This document shows, in pieces, positions 8,717-28,421 of a stretch of 64,000 nucleotides of DNA. Both the position numbers and the translations under genes were made by a program. The notes below the pieces were generated by a model. It was not told the DNA's origin and did no database searches. It was given only the letters and a program-made list of their open reading frames with translations. Positions within the stretch are counted from its first letter, which is position 1. Every line of letters starts with the position of its first letter. Location of the stretch: the NCBI GenBank assembly GCA_965219955.1, contig OZ244799.1, forward strand, positions 224,001 to 288,000, written 5' to 3'. Source of the DNA: a bacterium (GTDB lineage Bacteria > UBA8248).

Positions 8717-8926
8717 TAATTCTTGGTCTCTTTATTTACGAGGACGATGCGCCTGACCCGCTCCCGCCCTTTGCCCGACGCTGGAGATGAAATGCCCTGA
8801 ACCGGGCGTTTTACCTTTGAAGGCGATACGGGTTCCGCCTGAAATCATGACGAAACAAGGTTGTTTTAATATGCGATTGCTTTTTTGTGCCGTTTATTCT
8901 GATGTGATACCGCGGGAGAAAGATAT

Positions 8927-10006
8927 ATGAAAGAATCCACGAAAAAGATGCCGGTGCAGACGGTGCCGGTGGAGAAAAAGGAGGGACCGAGCCGCCTGAG
9001 CCTGATTCTGGGCGCGCTCTTTATCATTCTTTGCGGCGTTCTCGGCGCGGCGCTCACCGAAGCCCTGGGCGCCCCGAACCGAATGGCCGGCCTGGCCGGA
9101 GGCGCTCTGGCGGGCGTTCTCCTTCTGGTGCTCGCGAGAGAACTCGGCAAGCTGAAAATCGGCACCCTGGGCGGTGGAGCAGCCGGCCTGCTCTTCGGCC
9201 TTTTGGCCGCCCTGCTGCTTTCCGCTCTCGTCGGCGAGGCGTTTCCTCAAAACGTCCGTCCCCTCTTTGCCGCCTCTACGGGCTTGCTGCTCAGCGCTCT
9301 GGGCGTCGTTCTCGGGTCGGTGGCGGGGGGCCGGTATTCATCGCCTCCTGCTGCGAAGGGTAAAGACCCAGCCGCCAAGAAGTACCATCACGCCAAGATT
9401 CTCGACACCAGCGTCATCATCGACGGACGCATCGCCGACATCTGCGAGGCGGGCTTCGTCGAAGGACCCATGGTGGTGCCCCAGTTCGTGCTCAAGGAAT
9501 TGCAGCAGATCGCGGATTCTTCGGATTCCCTGAAGCGCAACCGGGGACGCCGCGGCCTCGACGTCCTCCAGCGGATTCAGCAGAATCAGGACCTCGACAT
9601 CCACATCCTGGAGACGGATTTCCCCCGCGTGAAGGAGGTGGACACCAAGCTCGTTCTCCTCGGCAAGGAGATATGCGGCAAGGTGATGACCAACGACTTC
9701 AACCTCAACAAGGTGGCCGAGCTCCAGGGAGTGCGGGTTCTCAACATCAACGAACTGGCGAACTCGGTGAAGCCGGTCGTCCTGCCCGGCGAGGACATGA
9801 GTGTCTTCGTCATCAAGGAGGGCAAGGAGCACAACCAGGGCGTCGGCTATCTCGACGATGGAACCATGGTGGTGGTGGATCATGCGAAGCATCGCATCGG
9901 CGAGCAAATTCCCGTTTCCGTGACGAGCGTCTTGCAGACCACCGCCGGGCGGATGATTTTTACGAAAATACGAGATGAAGCCGAACTATCGCAAACCGGC
10001 GCCTGA
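8927..10006 (+). CDS. Membrane PIN/TRAM domain protein (YacL-like)
   Basis: TM N-terminus; [36 protein letters not shown]; conserved position before ispDF. Confidence 0.93.
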   Translation: MKESTKKMPVQTVPVEKKEGPSRLSLILGALFIILCGVLGAALTEALGAPNRMAGLAGGALAGVLLLVLARELGKLKIGTLGGGAAGLLFGLLAALLLSALVGEAFPQNVRPLFAASTGLLLSALGVVLGSVAGGRYSSPPAAKGKDPAAKKYHHAKILDTSVIIDGRIADICEAGFVEGPMVVPQFVLKELQQIADSSDSLKRNRGRRGLDVLQRIQQNQDLDIHILETDFPRVKEVDTKLVLLGKEICGKVMTNDFNLNKVAELQGVRVLNINELANSVKPVVLPGEDMSVFVIKEGKEHNQGVGYLDDGTMVVVDHAKHRIGEQIPVSVTSVLQTTAGRMIFTKIRDEAELSQTGA

Positions 10007-10739
10007 GCGCGAACGCTCTTCTCCCGCATTGCCGTATCCCGATGAGACGGCGGCTATCGTTCCCGCCGCAGGCAAAGGCCTGCGCCTTCCCGGCGTGGTG
10101 GCCAAACAGTTCAGAAGTCTTGCAGGAAAGCCCCTTTTCCATCACTGTCTTTTGCGAATCGCGCGGGCGGGCCTCGTGGGCCGTATCGTCGTGGCGGTTC
10201 CCCCCGGCTCGGACCCGCCCGAGCTTCCCGGTGGAATGGAAGTGGCCGTCGAGGTCGTCGAAGGCGGCGCGCGCCGTCAGGATTCGGTGCGAAACGGGCT
10301 CGCTGCTCTCGGGGAGGGTGTCTCCTGGGTGGTCGTGCACGACGGGGCGCGGCCCCTGGTGACGCGCGGTCTCATAGAGAGGTGCCTGCTCGGCGCGGCG
10401 GAGACGGGCGCCGCCATCGCGGCCCTGCGCGTGGTGGATACGGTGAAGATGGGCGACGCCGAGGGATTCATCGAGGCAACGCGCCCGCGCGAGGGCCTCT
10501 GGCTCGCCCAGACGCCCCAGGCGGCGCGGCGCGAACTGCTCGCCCGCGCGATGGACTGGGCGGACGCAAATGATTTCGAGGGAACCGACGAGGCGGCTCT
10601 GCTGGAAGCGATCGGCGTTCGGGTGAAGCTCGTGGAAGGAAGCGCCGAGAACATCAAGGTGACGTCGCCCGGCGACATGGAGCGCGCGGCGCGCCTGATG
10701 GAACTTGAACGACAAGCCGGAGCGGAGGCTTCCAAATGA
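9975..10739 (+). CDS. ispD: 2-C-methyl-D-erythritol 4-phosphate cytidylyltransferase
   Basis: [34 protein letters not shown]. Confidence 0.95.
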   Translation: MKPNYRKPAPERERSSPALPYPDETAAIVPAAGKGLRLPGVVAKQFRSLAGKPLFHHCLLRIARAGLVGRIVVAVPPGSDPPELPGGMEVAVEVVEGGARRQDSVRNGLAALGEGVSWVVVHDGARPLVTRGLIERCLLGAAETGAAIAALRVVDTVKMGDAEGFIEATRPREGLWLAQTPQAARRELLARAMDWADANDFEGTDEAALLEAIGVRVKLVEGSAENIKVTSPGDMERAARLMELERQAGAEASK

Positions 10740-11218
10740 TTCGAGTCGGGGTAGGCTACGACGTCCACCGCTTCGAGGCGGATCGCAAGCTCGTGCTCGG
10801 CGGCGTGGAGATTCCCTTTGAGCGGGGCCTCGCGGGACACTCCGACGCCGATGCGCTCATCCACGCGCTCATCGACGCGTTGCTGGGCGCGGCGGCCCTG
10901 GGAGACATCGGCGGGCATTTCCCCGATACGGACGAGGCCTATCGTGGCGCGGACAGCCGGGAACTACTCGCGCGCGTAGTGACGCTTCTCGCCGAGCGGG
11001 GCATGAAGCCGAACAACGTGGATGCCGTGGTCGTGGCGCAAAGGCCGAAACTCGCTCCCCATATCCCTGAAATGCGCGAGGTCATCTCCTCCATTCTGGG
11101 GATTCCGCCCGATCGGGTGGGGATCAAGGCGACGACGGGCGAGGGTCTCGGCTTTGCGGGACGCGAGGAGGGCGTCGCGGCGCATGCGGTTTGCACGATA
11201 AGCGTGGAGTCTCCTTGA
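10736..11218 (+). CDS. ispF: 2-C-methyl-D-erythritol 2,4-cyclodiphosphate synthase
   Basis: [23 protein letters not shown]. Confidence 0.97.
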   Translation: MIRVGVGYDVHRFEADRKLVLGGVEIPFERGLAGHSDADALIHALIDALLGAAALGDIGGHFPDTDEAYRGADSRELLARVVTLLAERGMKPNNVDAVVVAQRPKLAPHIPEMREVISSILGIPPDRVGIKATTGEGLGFAGREEGVAAHAVCTISVESP

Positions 11219-11311
11219 CGCCCATCGGCGGGGCATGACAAATTCTCCCCCGGACGCGGCCCGGAACAGGTTTTTTACCCCCTCTATCATGCGGGTTCTG
11301 GAGAGAGTCAT

Positions 11312-12775
11312 TTGGGTGTTCAGCTATACAACACGTTGACGAGAAAAAAAGAACCGTTCGAGCCTCTGGAAGAAGGGCGCGTGAAGATGTACGTGTGCGG
11401 GGTGACGGTGTATGACCACTGCCATCTCGGGCACGCGCGCGCCGCCATCGTCTTCGACGTGATTCACCGCTATTTCGAATACCGCGGCTACGATGTTCTC
11501 TTCGTGTGCAACTTCACCGACGTGGACGACAAGATCATCGCCCGCGCCCGGCGCCTCAAGATTCCCATCAATGAGCTGACCGAAAAGTTTATCGGCGAGT
11601 ACTACGTCGACATGGATGCGCTCGGCGTCCGGCGGGCGGATGCCGCCCCGCGCGCCACGGAGAACATCGAGGGCATGATCGAGATGATCGAGAAACTCAT
11701 CGAGAAGGGAACCGCCTACGAGGTTTCGGGGAACGTCTACTTCGACATCGAAAAATTTCCCGGCTACGGCAAGCTTTCGGGACGCAACACCGAAGAGCTG
11801 GAAGCGGGCTACCGCATCGAACCGGGCGAGGGCAAGCGCAACCCGCTCGATTTCGCCCTGTGGAAGGCGGCGAAGCCCGGCGAGCCCGAATGGGAAAGCC
11901 CCTGGGGGCCCGGCCGTCCCGGCTGGCACATCGAATGCTCCGTCATGTCGACCCGCTACCTGGGCGAGCGCTTCGACATCCACGGCGGGGGGGAGGATCT
12001 GGTGTTCCCCCACCATGAGAACGAGATAGCGCAGAGCGAGGGCTGTTTCGGGCATGAGTGGGTGCGCTACTGGGTGCACAACGGCTTCGTGCAGATCAAC
12101 CACGAGAAGATGAGCAAATCGAAGGGCAACTTCTTCACCATCAAGGCGATTCTCGAGGACTATCCCGCCGAGGTGATCCGCTATTTCCTGCTGGGGACGC
12201 ACTACAGGCATCCGGTGGATTATTCGGATCAGGTGGTGGGCGAGGCGCGAAAGGGGCTGGACAGGCTCTACAACGTGCGCTTGAGGCTCGCCCGAAGCGG
12301 CGGGGAGGATACGGAGGGCTGGCGTGAGCGGGTGGAGGAGGCGGTTGCCGCCTTCCGCGCGCAGTTCACAGAAGCCATGGACGATGATTTCAACACTGCG
12401 CGCGCCCTGGGGTATCTCTTCGACTTCGCGCGCCGCGTCAACGGCTTCATCAACGAGGCGGACGCGCTGCCCGAATCCGCGGCAGCGCTCGCGCGGGGCG
12501 TGTTCGATGAAGTGGGCGGGGTTCTGGGCCTGTTCGCCCACTCTCCCGAGGAGTGGTTCCGAAGCGCCGCGAGCGCCGCGCCCGCAGAGGGGGACGAGGG
12601 CCAAAACGGCGCCTTGCGCGATGATGAGATAGAAGCGTTGCTCGAACGCCGCGCGCAAGCGCGGGCCGGCAGGGATTTCCCGGAGGCCGACCGGATCCGG
12701 GAGGAACTCGCGGAGGCCGGCATCGTCCTTGAAGACGGCCCCGGCGGCACGCTCTGGAAGAGAAGAGCGCCGTGA
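11312..12775 (+). CDS. cysS: Cysteine--tRNA ligase
   Basis: [27 protein letters not shown]. Confidence 0.98.
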   Translation: MGVQLYNTLTRKKEPFEPLEEGRVKMYVCGVTVYDHCHLGHARAAIVFDVIHRYFEYRGYDVLFVCNFTDVDDKIIARARRLKIPINELTEKFIGEYYVDMDALGVRRADAAPRATENIEGMIEMIEKLIEKGTAYEVSGNVYFDIEKFPGYGKLSGRNTEELEAGYRIEPGEGKRNPLDFALWKAAKPGEPEWESPWGPGRPGWHIECSVMSTRYLGERFDIHGGGEDLVFPHHENEIAQSEGCFGHEWVRYWVHNGFVQINHEKMSKSKGNFFTIKAILEDYPAEVIRYFLLGTHYRHPVDYSDQVVGEARKGLDRLYNVRLRLARSGGEDTEGWRERVEEAVAAFRAQFTEAMDDDFNTARALGYLFDFARRVNGFINEADALPESAAALARGVFDEVGGVLGLFAHSPEEWFRSAASAAPAEGDEGQNGALRDDEIEALLERRAQARAGRDFPEADRIREELAEAGIVLEDGPGGTLWKRRAP

Positions 12776-12831
12776 CGCCACGGGCGAGCGAGGCCCGGGG
12801 GTACACGCGCGCCACGTCTTCCCGCCTCACT

Positions 12832-13030
12832 GGGCCTGTTGAAAAAACCTGTAATGTCGGCAATGGGATACCGCCTTGCCGAAGGGATTGTAGGGGCCGC
12901 ATATATGCGGCCCGAGTTCCGGCCCGAGTTCCGACGTTGAAAAAGCAGGGACGCATACTATGCGTCCCCTACAAAAACCGCCTTCACGGTCGCGTCAAAT
13001 CCTCGTTAATCGGGGTTTTTCAAAAGTCCT
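12832..13030. mobile_element. MITE of about 200 bp with TIRs, target-site duplication and internal REP pair
   Basis: GGGCCTGTTGAAAAA...TTTTTCAAAAGTCCT flanked by direct repeat TCACT (12827-12831 and 13031-13035); REPs at 12890-12913 and 12948-12972. Confidence 0.75.
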
Positions 13031-13049
13031 TCACTGAAGAGCTTGGCGA

Positions 13050-13838
13050 TTGAGACGCAAACCCGAATACGTCTGCGGCGCGCACAGCGTACTGGCGGCC
13101 CTGGAGCGCGGGCCGGAGCGGGTGAGGCGGCTCTTCATCGCAGGTGGCCGCCGGAACCGCAGGGTAGCCGAGGCGGTGCATCTCGCCGAGTCATCCGGCA
13201 TATCCGTCGAGGCGCTCGATTCCGGGCAGCTCACGAAAAAGGCCGCCACGGCGCAGCATCAAAACCTGGTGGCGGAAGTGCATCCCACGCCGCTGCTCTC
13301 CCTCGATGACCTCATCGAAGCCCAGCCCGCGGCGGCTCCGCCCGTTTTGCTGCTCGACGGTGTGCAGGACCCGAGGAATTTCGGCGCCATCTTGAGAAGC
13401 GCTGCGGCCCTGGGGGCGGGTGGCGTCGTCTGGCCGAAGGACGGCGCCGTGGGCCTCACGCCCGTCGTGGCGAAGGCGGCCGCGGGCGCGCTGGAGGTCG
13501 TGCCGCTCGCGCGCGTGACGAATCTGGCCCGGGCCGTCTCGGCGCTCAAGGAGGCGGGCTACTGGGCGCTGGCGGCGGACGCTCACGGGGATAAAACCCT
13601 GGGCGTCGACGAGCTGCCCCGGCCCTGTTGTCTGGTGGTCGGGGCGGAGGGCAGGGGCGTGCGGCCGCTCGTGCTCAGGAACTGCGACGCGCGCGTGAGG
13701 ATACCCATCGAAGAGGGCGTGGTGTCTTCGCTGAATGCCTCCGTCGCCGCGGCGATCCTGCTCCACGGTGTGCGCGGGACTCGCAGGAGGGGTGAGGACG
13801 CGGCTCAGGCGGAGGACTCTTCCTCGCGAGCGCCTTGA
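13050..13838 (+). CDS. rlmB: 23S rRNA (guanosine-2'-O)-methyltransferase, SpoU family
   Basis: LDGVQDPRNFGAILRSA, GAEGRG, SLNASVAA; follows cysS. Confidence 0.9.
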   Translation: MRRKPEYVCGAHSVLAALERGPERVRRLFIAGGRRNRRVAEAVHLAESSGISVEALDSGQLTKKAATAQHQNLVAEVHPTPLLSLDDLIEAQPAAAPPVLLLDGVQDPRNFGAILRSAAALGAGGVVWPKDGAVGLTPVVAKAAAGALEVVPLARVTNLARAVSALKEAGYWALAADAHGDKTLGVDELPRPCCLVVGAEGRGVRPLVLRNCDARVRIPIEEGVVSSLNASVAAAILLHGVRGTRRRGEDAAQAEDSSSRAP

Positions 13839-13909
13839 TTTCTCCTGAACCGAACTCCGAATCCGTGTCCGTTCCTTGCTTTTCGCTCCCTCAAAGTGGA
13901 TAAAGGGGG

Positions 13910-13938
13910 TTGACAAGGTGGGCCTGCGGGCCTAATTT
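13910..13938 (+). promoter_or_regulatory. Sigma70 promoter of tRNA-tuf operon
   Basis: TTGACA-17 bp-TAATTT immediately upstream of tRNA-Thr. Confidence 0.75.
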
Positions 13939-13953
13939 AACCCGCCTTTGTTG

Positions 13954-14029
13954 GCTGGCGTAGCTCAGCTGGTAGAGCAGCTGATTTGTAATCAGCAGGT
14001 CGGAGGTTCGAGTCCTCTCGCCAGCTCCA
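13954..14029 (+). tRNA. tRNA-Thr(TGT)
   Basis: Cloverleaf; anticodon arm CTGAT-TTGTAA-TCAG region; CCA end. Confidence 0.97.
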
Positions 14030-14194
14030 CGGCGGGACGCGCCTCCCGGACCTCGCCGGAGAAAATCCGGGGGAGAATGTCTGCGGTTTTTCTATACGGG
14101 CTTTCAGTGGATGTGACGGCTTCGGGGAATCGATGGTTTCCGCGAGGTTTTCTTGATAGCCTTTATGGTTGTTTTTGATGAAAGGCGGTTTTCG

Positions 14195-14279
14195 GGGGAG
14201 GTTCCCGAGTGGCCAAAGGGATCAGACTGTAAATCTGACGGCTCAGCCTTCGGAGGTTCGAATCCTCCCCTCCCCACCA
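14195..14279 (+). tRNA. tRNA-Tyr(GTA)
   Basis: Cloverleaf with long variable arm; loop CTGTAAA; CCA end. Confidence 0.97.
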
Positions 14280-14326
14280 GCAGATGAATCGTTGAAACGA
14301 CTAGGACGCGCGCTTTGGATTCAGGG

Positions 14327-14402
14327 GCGGGAATAGCTCAGATGGTAGAGCATCAGCCTTCCAAGCTGAGGGTCGCGGGTTCGAGCCCCGTTTCCCGCTC
14401 CA
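14327..14402 (+). tRNA. tRNA-Gly(TCC)
   Basis: Cloverleaf; loop CTTCCAA; CCA end. Confidence 0.97.
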
Positions 14403-14581
14403 GGATGATTCGAGGCTATCGCCTTTTCTTGATATGGATTTCATGAACCGGATTTCGGCTCCGGGGGTTGCTCTGGCCGGAATAAGCTGTATTATCCGCC
14501 CGGAACGAACCTCCGGGCGCATCGTTTGCTGAGGTTGCCCTGGCTGGAATACAGGATATTCGCACGCCCGTGACGCAGCCG

Positions 14582-14657
14582 GCCCACGTAGCTCAGTCGG
14601 CAGAGCACTTCCTTGGTAAGGAAGAGGTCACCGGTTCAAGTCCGGTCGTGGGCTCCA
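14582..14657 (+). tRNA. tRNA-Thr(GGT)
   Basis: Cloverleaf; loop TTGGTAA; CCA end. Confidence 0.97.
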
Positions 14658-14885
14658 GGGCAGGTGGAATTCATTGAAATTTCGAGGTTCGTGCATTATC
14701 CTGCAATTCGCATGAAACGCCGTGGAATCCCTCGGGTTCGCGGAGATTCGCTTTGGCGATGGACAAGGTTTCGCCCGAGCGGGTATAAAGGCGCGTTTTT
14801 CGGGAATGACGAGAAAGAGGGGAAATGGTTCCTCTCCCCCGGAAGATATTATTTTTGAATTTTCAATAGAAGGAGAAGGGAAGCC

Positions 14886-16064
14886 ATGGCGAAGGCGAAG
14901 TTTGAGCGCACGAAGCCGCACGTGAACGTAGGGACGATAGGGCACGTGGACCATGGGAAGACGACGCTGACGGCCGCGATCACGAGGCACCTCTCGCAGA
15001 AGGGGATGGCGGAGGAGATCGGGTTTGACGAGATCGACAAGGCGCCCGAGGAGCGCGAGCGGGGTATCACGATAGCGACGGCGCACGTGGAATACGAGAC
15101 GGAGAACCGCCACTACGCGCACGTCGATTGTCCGGGCCATGCGGACTACGTGAAGAACATGATAACGGGCGCTGCGCAGATGGACGGCGCGATCCTGGTG
15201 GTATCCGCGGCGGACGGGCCGATGCCGCAGACGCGCGAGCACATCCTGCTGGCCCGCCAGGTGGGTGTTCCCTACATCTGCGTGTATCTGAATAAAGTGG
15301 ACATGGTGGACGATGAGGAACTCCTGGAGCTGGTGGAACTCGAAGTCCGCGAGCTTCTCTCGACGTATGAGTTCCCCGGCGACGACATCCCGGTGGTGCC
15401 GGGTTCTGCGCTGCGGGCGCTCGAGGGGAGCGACACCTCCTCGATAGACGCGCTCATGGAGGCGGTGGACGGCTATATCCCCGAACCGGTGCGCGACGTC
15501 GATAAACCCTTCCTGATGCCGGTTGAGGACGTGTTTTCGATATCGGGCCGCGGCACGGTGGCGACGGGCCGGGTGGAGCGGGGCATCGTGAACGTTGGGG
15601 ATGAGGTGGAGATCGTGGGCATCACGGACACGCGGAAGACGGTGGCGACGGGTGTCGAGATGTTCCGGAAGTTGCTGGACCAGGGCCAGGCGGGCGACAA
15701 CGTGGGCGTTCTGCTCAGGGGTGTCAAAAAAGACGAGATAGAACGCGGTCAGGTTCTGGCGGAGCCTGCGTCGATCATGCCGCACCTCAAGTTCAAGGGC
15801 GAGGTGTACATTCTGACGAAAGAAGAGGGTGGCCGGCACACGCCGTTTTTCAACGGCTACCGGCCGCAGTTTTATTTCCGGACGACGGACGTGACGGGTC
15901 TGGTGACGCTTCCCGAGGGCCGTGAGATGGTGATGCCCGGTGACAACGTGTCGCTGGACGTTGAGTTGATCACGCCGATAGCGATGGAGCGCGAGCTTCG
16001 CTTCGCGATACGCGAGGGGGGCCGCACGGTGGGGGCCGGCGTCGTCACGGAAGTCGTCGAGTAG
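14886..16064 (+). CDS. tuf: Elongation factor Tu (tRNA-linked copy)
   Basis: [21 protein letters not shown]. Confidence 0.99.
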   Translation: MAKAKFERTKPHVNVGTIGHVDHGKTTLTAAITRHLSQKGMAEEIGFDEIDKAPEERERGITIATAHVEYETENRHYAHVDCPGHADYVKNMITGAAQMDGAILVVSAADGPMPQTREHILLARQVGVPYICVYLNKVDMVDDEELLELVELEVRELLSTYEFPGDDIPVVPGSALRALEGSDTSSIDALMEAVDGYIPEPVRDVDKPFLMPVEDVFSISGRGTVATGRVERGIVNVGDEVEIVGITDTRKTVATGVEMFRKLLDQGQAGDNVGVLLRGVKKDEIERGQVLAEPASIMPHLKFKGEVYILTKEEGGRHTPFFNGYRPQFYFRTTDVTGLVTLPEGREMVMPGDNVSLDVELITPIAMERELRFAIREGGRTVGAGVVTEVVE

Positions 16065-16103
16065 AGCAGCTTAAGCGGTCGTTTCGGGACATCAGGTTTC
16101 CAG

Positions 16104-16180
16104 AGGCCAGTGGCTCAATTTGGTAGAGCACCGGACTCCAAATCCGGCGGTTGGGGGTTCGAGTCCCTCCTGGCCTGCCA
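16104..16180 (+). tRNA. tRNA-Trp(CCA)
   Basis: Cloverleaf; loop CTCCAAA; located before secE. Confidence 0.97.
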
Positions 16181-16240
16181 TGAACCCGGGGTACGAACCC
16201 CGGTTCGAGAAGATCGGAAGCGGCGGCGGAGAGTGGAAGC

Positions 16241-16456
16241 ATGAGCAATAAGGTGATGGGCTGGATTCATCAGGGGCGCACCTTCCTGCGCGACGTGCAG
16301 AGCGAAGCGAAGCGCGTGACGTGGCTCGATATGCGCCAGACGGCGGCGCAAACCGGCGTCGCCCTCGTGTTCGTCTTTATCATTGCGGTATATCTGGGTC
16401 TTGTCGATTTGGCGTTGTCCCGGGCTGTCAGCTATTTCCTCAATTTCGGTTTCTAG
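16241..16456 (+). CDS. secE: Preprotein translocase SecE
   Basis: FLRDVQSEAKRVTW plus one TM segment; synteny. Confidence 0.92.
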   Translation: MSNKVMGWIHQGRTFLRDVQSEAKRVTWLDMRQTAAQTGVALVFVFIIAVYLGLVDLALSRAVSYFLNFGF

Positions 16457-16470
16457 AGCAGGGTTTCGGA

Positions 16471-16998
16471 ATGTCCATGAACTGGTATGTGGTGCACACC
16501 TACTCGGGTTTTGAAAACAAGGTGAAGCTCTCGATCGAAGAGCAGTTTCGCGGGAAGGAATACGAGGAAAAACTCGGTGAAATCGTGGTTCCCACCGAGC
16601 AGGTGGTGAAGGTGAAGGGCGGGAAGAGGCGCACGAGTTCCCGGAAATTCTTCCCCGGCTACATCCTGATCCGGATGGAATGCGACGAGGACACCTGGTA
16701 TGTGGTCAAGAACACGCCGAAGGTGACGGGTTTTCTGGGCGGAACGTCCCCGAGTCCTCTCTCGGAAGCCGAGATGGAGAACATCCTCAAGCAGATGAGC
16801 GGAGAGGCCGAGAAGCCCAAGCCCAAGATTGATTTCGAAAAAGGCGAGAGCATCCGGGTGATAGACGGGCCTTTCGTGAACTTCACCGGCGAGATCGACG
16901 AGGTACACCCCGACAGAGGAAAGCTCAAGGTCATGGTCAGCATTTTCGGCCGCGCGACGCCCGTGGAACTCGAGATGCTCCAGGTGGAGAAGGTGTAG
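16471..16998 (+). CDS. nusG: Transcription factor NusG
   Basis: [28 protein letters not shown]. Confidence 0.98.
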   Translation: MSMNWYVVHTYSGFENKVKLSIEEQFRGKEYEEKLGEIVVPTEQVVKVKGGKRRTSSRKFFPGYILIRMECDEDTWYVVKNTPKVTGFLGGTSPSPLSEAEMENILKQMSGEAEKPKPKIDFEKGESIRVIDGPFVNFTGEIDEVHPDRGKLKVMVSIFGRATPVELEMLQVEKV

Positions 16999-17098
16999 GG
17001 AAAAAAGGTTCATCGGGGGCGCGTTCGCCGGGTCCGGGAAGACCGGCGGAGGCAAAGCCCGGGTGCGGCGTCAGGATTATGCTGTTTGAGAGGGAAAA

Positions 17099-17524
17099 AT
17101 GGCGAAAGAAGCGGTTGGCATCATCAAACTTCAAATACCGGCCGGCCAGGCGAACCCCGCCCCGCCCGTCGGCCCTGCGCTCGGCCAGCAGGGTGTGAAC
17201 ATCATGGAGTTCTGCAAGGCCTTCAACGCGCAGACCCAGGGGAAGGAAGGCACGATTATTCCGGTCGTGATCTCGGTCTATGCGGACAAGAGCTTCACCT
17301 TCATCATGAAGAGTCCGCCCGCCTCCGCTCTCCTGAAGCAGGCCGCCGCTCTGGCGAAAGGTTCCTCCGAACCCGGGCGGGAAGGCGTGGGCTCCGTGAC
17401 GCGCAAGCAACTCGAGGAAATAGCCGAGATCAAGAAAGAGGATTTGAACAGCGCGGACCTCGAAGGGGCCGTCCGGATTATCGAGGGTACGGCCCGCAGC
17501 ATGGGGATCGAGGTCAGCGGGTAG
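17099..17524 (+). CDS. rplK: 50S ribosomal protein L11
   Basis: [12 protein letters not shown]. Confidence 0.99.
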   Translation: MAKEAVGIIKLQIPAGQANPAPPVGPALGQQGVNIMEFCKAFNAQTQGKEGTIIPVVISVYADKSFTFIMKSPPASALLKQAAALAKGSSEPGREGVGSVTRKQLEEIAEIKKEDLNSADLEGAVRIIEGTARSMGIEVSG

Positions 17525-17541
17525 GTTTTTATGGAACGGAT

Positions 17542-17577
17542 GTGGGAGGCGTCCCGGTCGGGCGTCGTTCGAACCAC
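17542..17577 (+). promoter_or_regulatory. Putative L1-binding autoregulatory RNA site
   Basis: GTGGGAGG...TTCGAACCAC stem with internal loop just before the rplA RBS. Confidence 0.55.
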
Positions 17578-17595
17578 GAAGGAGGAGGCAGGCAA

Positions 17596-18300
17596 ATGCC
17601 CAAGCACGGCAAGAACTACCGAGCAGCCCGGGAGCGAATCGATCGGGAAAAACAAATCCCGCTCTCTGAGGCCGTCGGTCTGGTGAAGGAGATTTCCGCT
17701 GCGAAATTCGACGAGACCGTCGAAATATCCGCCAAGCTCGGCGTAGACCCGCGCCATGCGGAACAAATGGTGAGGGGAAGCGTCGTTTTGCCCAACGGCA
17801 TCGGCAAGGAAGAGCGCGTCGTAGCGTTCGCCAAGGGCGAGAAGGTGGCCGAGGCCAAGGAGGCGGGCGCGGAGTACGTGGGCGCGGATGATCTGGCTGA
17901 GAAGATTCAGGGCGGCTGGATGGAGTTCGACCGCGTGGTGGCGACGCCCGACGTCATGAGCGTCGTGGGCAAGCTCGGGCGGCTGCTCGGGCCCCGCGGC
18001 ATGATGCCCAACCCGAAATCCGGCACCGTTTCCTTCGACGTGGGCCGCATGGTTCGGGAGATCAAGGCGGGCAAGGTGGAATACCGCGTTGACAAGGCGG
18101 GCATCATTCATGCCCCGATCGGAAAGGTGAGCTTTGAGGAGAAGGCGCTCTCCGAGAACATCTCGGCGGTGGTGGACGCGCTCGTTCGCGCGAAGCCCGC
18201 AGCGAGCAAGGGGGTGTACTTCAAGCGCCTCACCATTTCCAGCACGATGGGGCCCGGCGTGCGGGTCGACCACCAGTCTCTTCTCGCGGCACTGAAATAA
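17596..18300 (+). CDS. rplA: 50S ribosomal protein L1
   Basis: [24 protein letters not shown]. Confidence 0.99.
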   Translation: MPKHGKNYRAARERIDREKQIPLSEAVGLVKEISAAKFDETVEISAKLGVDPRHAEQMVRGSVVLPNGIGKEERVVAFAKGEKVAEAKEAGAEYVGADDLAEKIQGGWMEFDRVVATPDVMSVVGKLGRLLGPRGMMPNPKSGTVSFDVGRMVREIKAGKVEYRVDKAGIIHAPIGKVSFEEKALSENISAVVDALVRAKPAASKGVYFKRLTISSTMGPGVRVDHQSLLAALK

Positions 18301-18312
18301 GGAGGCCCCGGA

Positions 18313-18879
18313 ATGGCGACAGCAGTTGTGGAGAAGGGGAGGCTGGCGACGGGCAAAGCGCCCCGCGCCGATAAGACCGAGGCGGTAGAGGCCCTTCAGA
18401 CGCATTTCAACGAGAGCACCTCTTTGGTGTTGTTCGATTACCGGGGGCTGAGCGTCGCGCAAATGACGGCCCTGAGAAAACAGACGCGCGAGGCGGGCGT
18501 CCGTCTCTCCGTCGTCAAGAATACGCTCACCGAGCGCGCGGTGGAGGGCACGGGTTTCGAGGAACTGCGCGGAAGGCTCGTCGGGCCGGTTTCCATCGTG
18601 ACGACCGACGGCGACCCCTCTACGCCCGCCAAGATACTCAAGGAATTCGTGAAGGAAGAGTCCGCCGGCGAAATCAAGGGCGGGGTTCTGGACGGCAGGT
18701 TCCTCGAAACAGCCGAAGTGGAGTCGCTCGCGGAGTTGCCCTCGCGCGAGGTGTTGCTCTCGATGTTGCTTTCCGCCTTGCAGGCCCCCGTGGCGGGTCT
18801 GCCGAGAGTTCTGAACGGCGTCGTTTCCCAGTTGATAAATGTCGTTGACGCCATTGCCAAAAAGAAAGAACAAGTGTAA
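18313..18879 (+). CDS. rplJ: 50S ribosomal protein L10
   Basis: DYRGLSV, VKNTL, LPSRE. Confidence 0.97.
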   Translation: MATAVVEKGRLATGKAPRADKTEAVEALQTHFNESTSLVLFDYRGLSVAQMTALRKQTREAGVRLSVVKNTLTERAVEGTGFEELRGRLVGPVSIVTTDGDPSTPAKILKEFVKEESAGEIKGGVLDGRFLETAEVESLAELPSREVLLSMLLSALQAPVAGLPRVLNGVVSQLINVVDAIAKKKEQV

Positions 18880-18983
18880 TATAGTTGTTTGCCCAAAGAA
18901 GGGGGCAAACGGCGAGATTTCCCAAAATTAAATGGCCATGACCTGGCCGATGGTTTCGTGCGAATGCGAGGAAAGGGCGAATT

Positions 18984-19367
18984 GTGGCGACCAAAGAAGA
19001 AGTAATCGATTTCATTGAAAACATGACGGTGATGGAGTTGAGCGAATTCGTCAAGGAGCTCGAGGAGAAGTTCGGCGTGACGGCTGCCGCGCCCATGATG
19101 ATGGCCGGCGCGGGAATGGCGGCGGGCGGCGACGCGGGCGAAGCGGCGGAGGAGAAAACCGAATTCACCGTCAGTCTCACATCCTTTGGTTCGGAAAAAA
19201 TCAAGGTCATCAAGACCGTCCGCGAACTGACCAGCCTGGGTCTCAAGGAGGCGAAAGACTTGGTGGAGAGCGCACCCCAAGCCGTCGTGGAGGCGGTTCC
19301 CAAGGAAGACGCCGAAGCTGCTGCCGACAAGCTCAAAGCGGTTGGAGCGGAGGTGGAAATCACATAG
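18984..19367 (+). CDS. rplL: 50S ribosomal protein L7/L12
   Basis: [21 protein letters not shown]. Confidence 0.99.
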   Translation: MATKEEVIDFIENMTVMELSEFVKELEEKFGVTAAAPMMMAGAGMAAGGDAGEAAEEKTEFTVSLTSFGSEKIKVIKTVRELTSLGLKEAKDLVESAPQAVVEAVPKEDAEAAADKLKAVGAEVEIT

Positions 19368-19460
19368 AGCTCACCCGGGATGCAGACGACCCGATCCTGC
19401 TGGTTGCAGCCGGATCGGCGCATAACCCTAGTCGCCCCCACTTTCTTGAGGTGAGCCAGC

Positions 19461-23507
<4,047 letters not shown>

Positions 23508-23591
23508 ACCTGAATTTTTGAGCCTGTTTGTTTGGCGGTTCCATCGACCGTCGCCCAAGGGATGACGCGCATACTCCCAAGGAGGGTTGAA

Positions 23592-27743
<4,152 letters not shown>

Positions 27744-27778
27744 CCCCTTGAAAATATGCTTTTTTTCCATGCGCGAGG

Positions 27779-27806
27779 TTGACAAGAGCGCGTGTCGGGC
27801 TATAAT
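27779..27806 (+). promoter_or_regulatory. Consensus sigma70 promoter of the str operon
   Basis: TTGACA-16 bp-TATAAT followed by a GC-rich discriminator. Confidence 0.85.
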
Positions 27807-28007
27807 CGCCGCTTCGTTGTCTGGAGTGCGTGGTTCTTGAAGTCGCAGAGCCCTGCAAGTAATTGAAATAATTATGATTATTTGGCTGCCCCATCTCGAG
27901 GCTCAGCCGAAGTCGAAATAAAAGGCCCCGAGATGAGGGCGAAGAACGCTTTGGTCTCGAAAGAGCGGGATTTTTCGGGGCGGCTTTCTCATGATTCGGA
28001 GTGAACG

Positions 28008-28379
28008 GTGCCGACGATCAGCCAGTTGATACGCAAGGGACGCAAGCGGATTCAGACGAAAACCGACTCTCCGGCGCTGCGCAATTGTCCCCAGAAGCGC
28101 GGCGTTTGCGTGCGTGTGTACACGACGACGCCCAAGAAGCCGAACTCGGCGCTCCGGAAGGTCGCGCGCGTGCGCCTCACCAACGGAATGGAGGTGACCA
28201 CCTACATCCCGGGAGAGGGCCACAATCTCCAGGAGCACTCCATCGTCTTGATTCGCGGCGGCCGCGTGAAGGATTTGCCGGGCATCCGCTATCACGTCGT
28301 CCGGGGAACGCTCGACAGCGTGGGCGTGGAGGCGCGCCGCAACGGGCGCTCCAAATACGGGGCCAAAAGACCGAGGTAG
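28008..28379 (+). CDS. rpsL: 30S ribosomal protein S12
   Basis: [17 protein letters not shown]. Confidence 0.99.
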   Translation: MPTISQLIRKGRKRIQTKTDSPALRNCPQKRGVCVRVYTTTPKKPNSALRKVARVRLTNGMEVTTYIPGEGHNLQEHSIVLIRGGRVKDLPGIRYHVVRGTLDSVGVEARRNGRSKYGAKRPR

Positions 28380-28421
28380 TCGGCATTCTCGTTTGAGGTT
28401 CAGCAGGGAGATTCATTTTCC

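Noticed and set aside
12772-13053. 93-aa ORF between cysS and rlmB
   Set aside because: It runs through the MITE/REP element and has no protein-like features.
13895-13903. Single DnaA-box-like AGTGGATAA upstream of the tRNA promoter
   Set aside because: One mismatched, isolated 9-mer is expected by chance.
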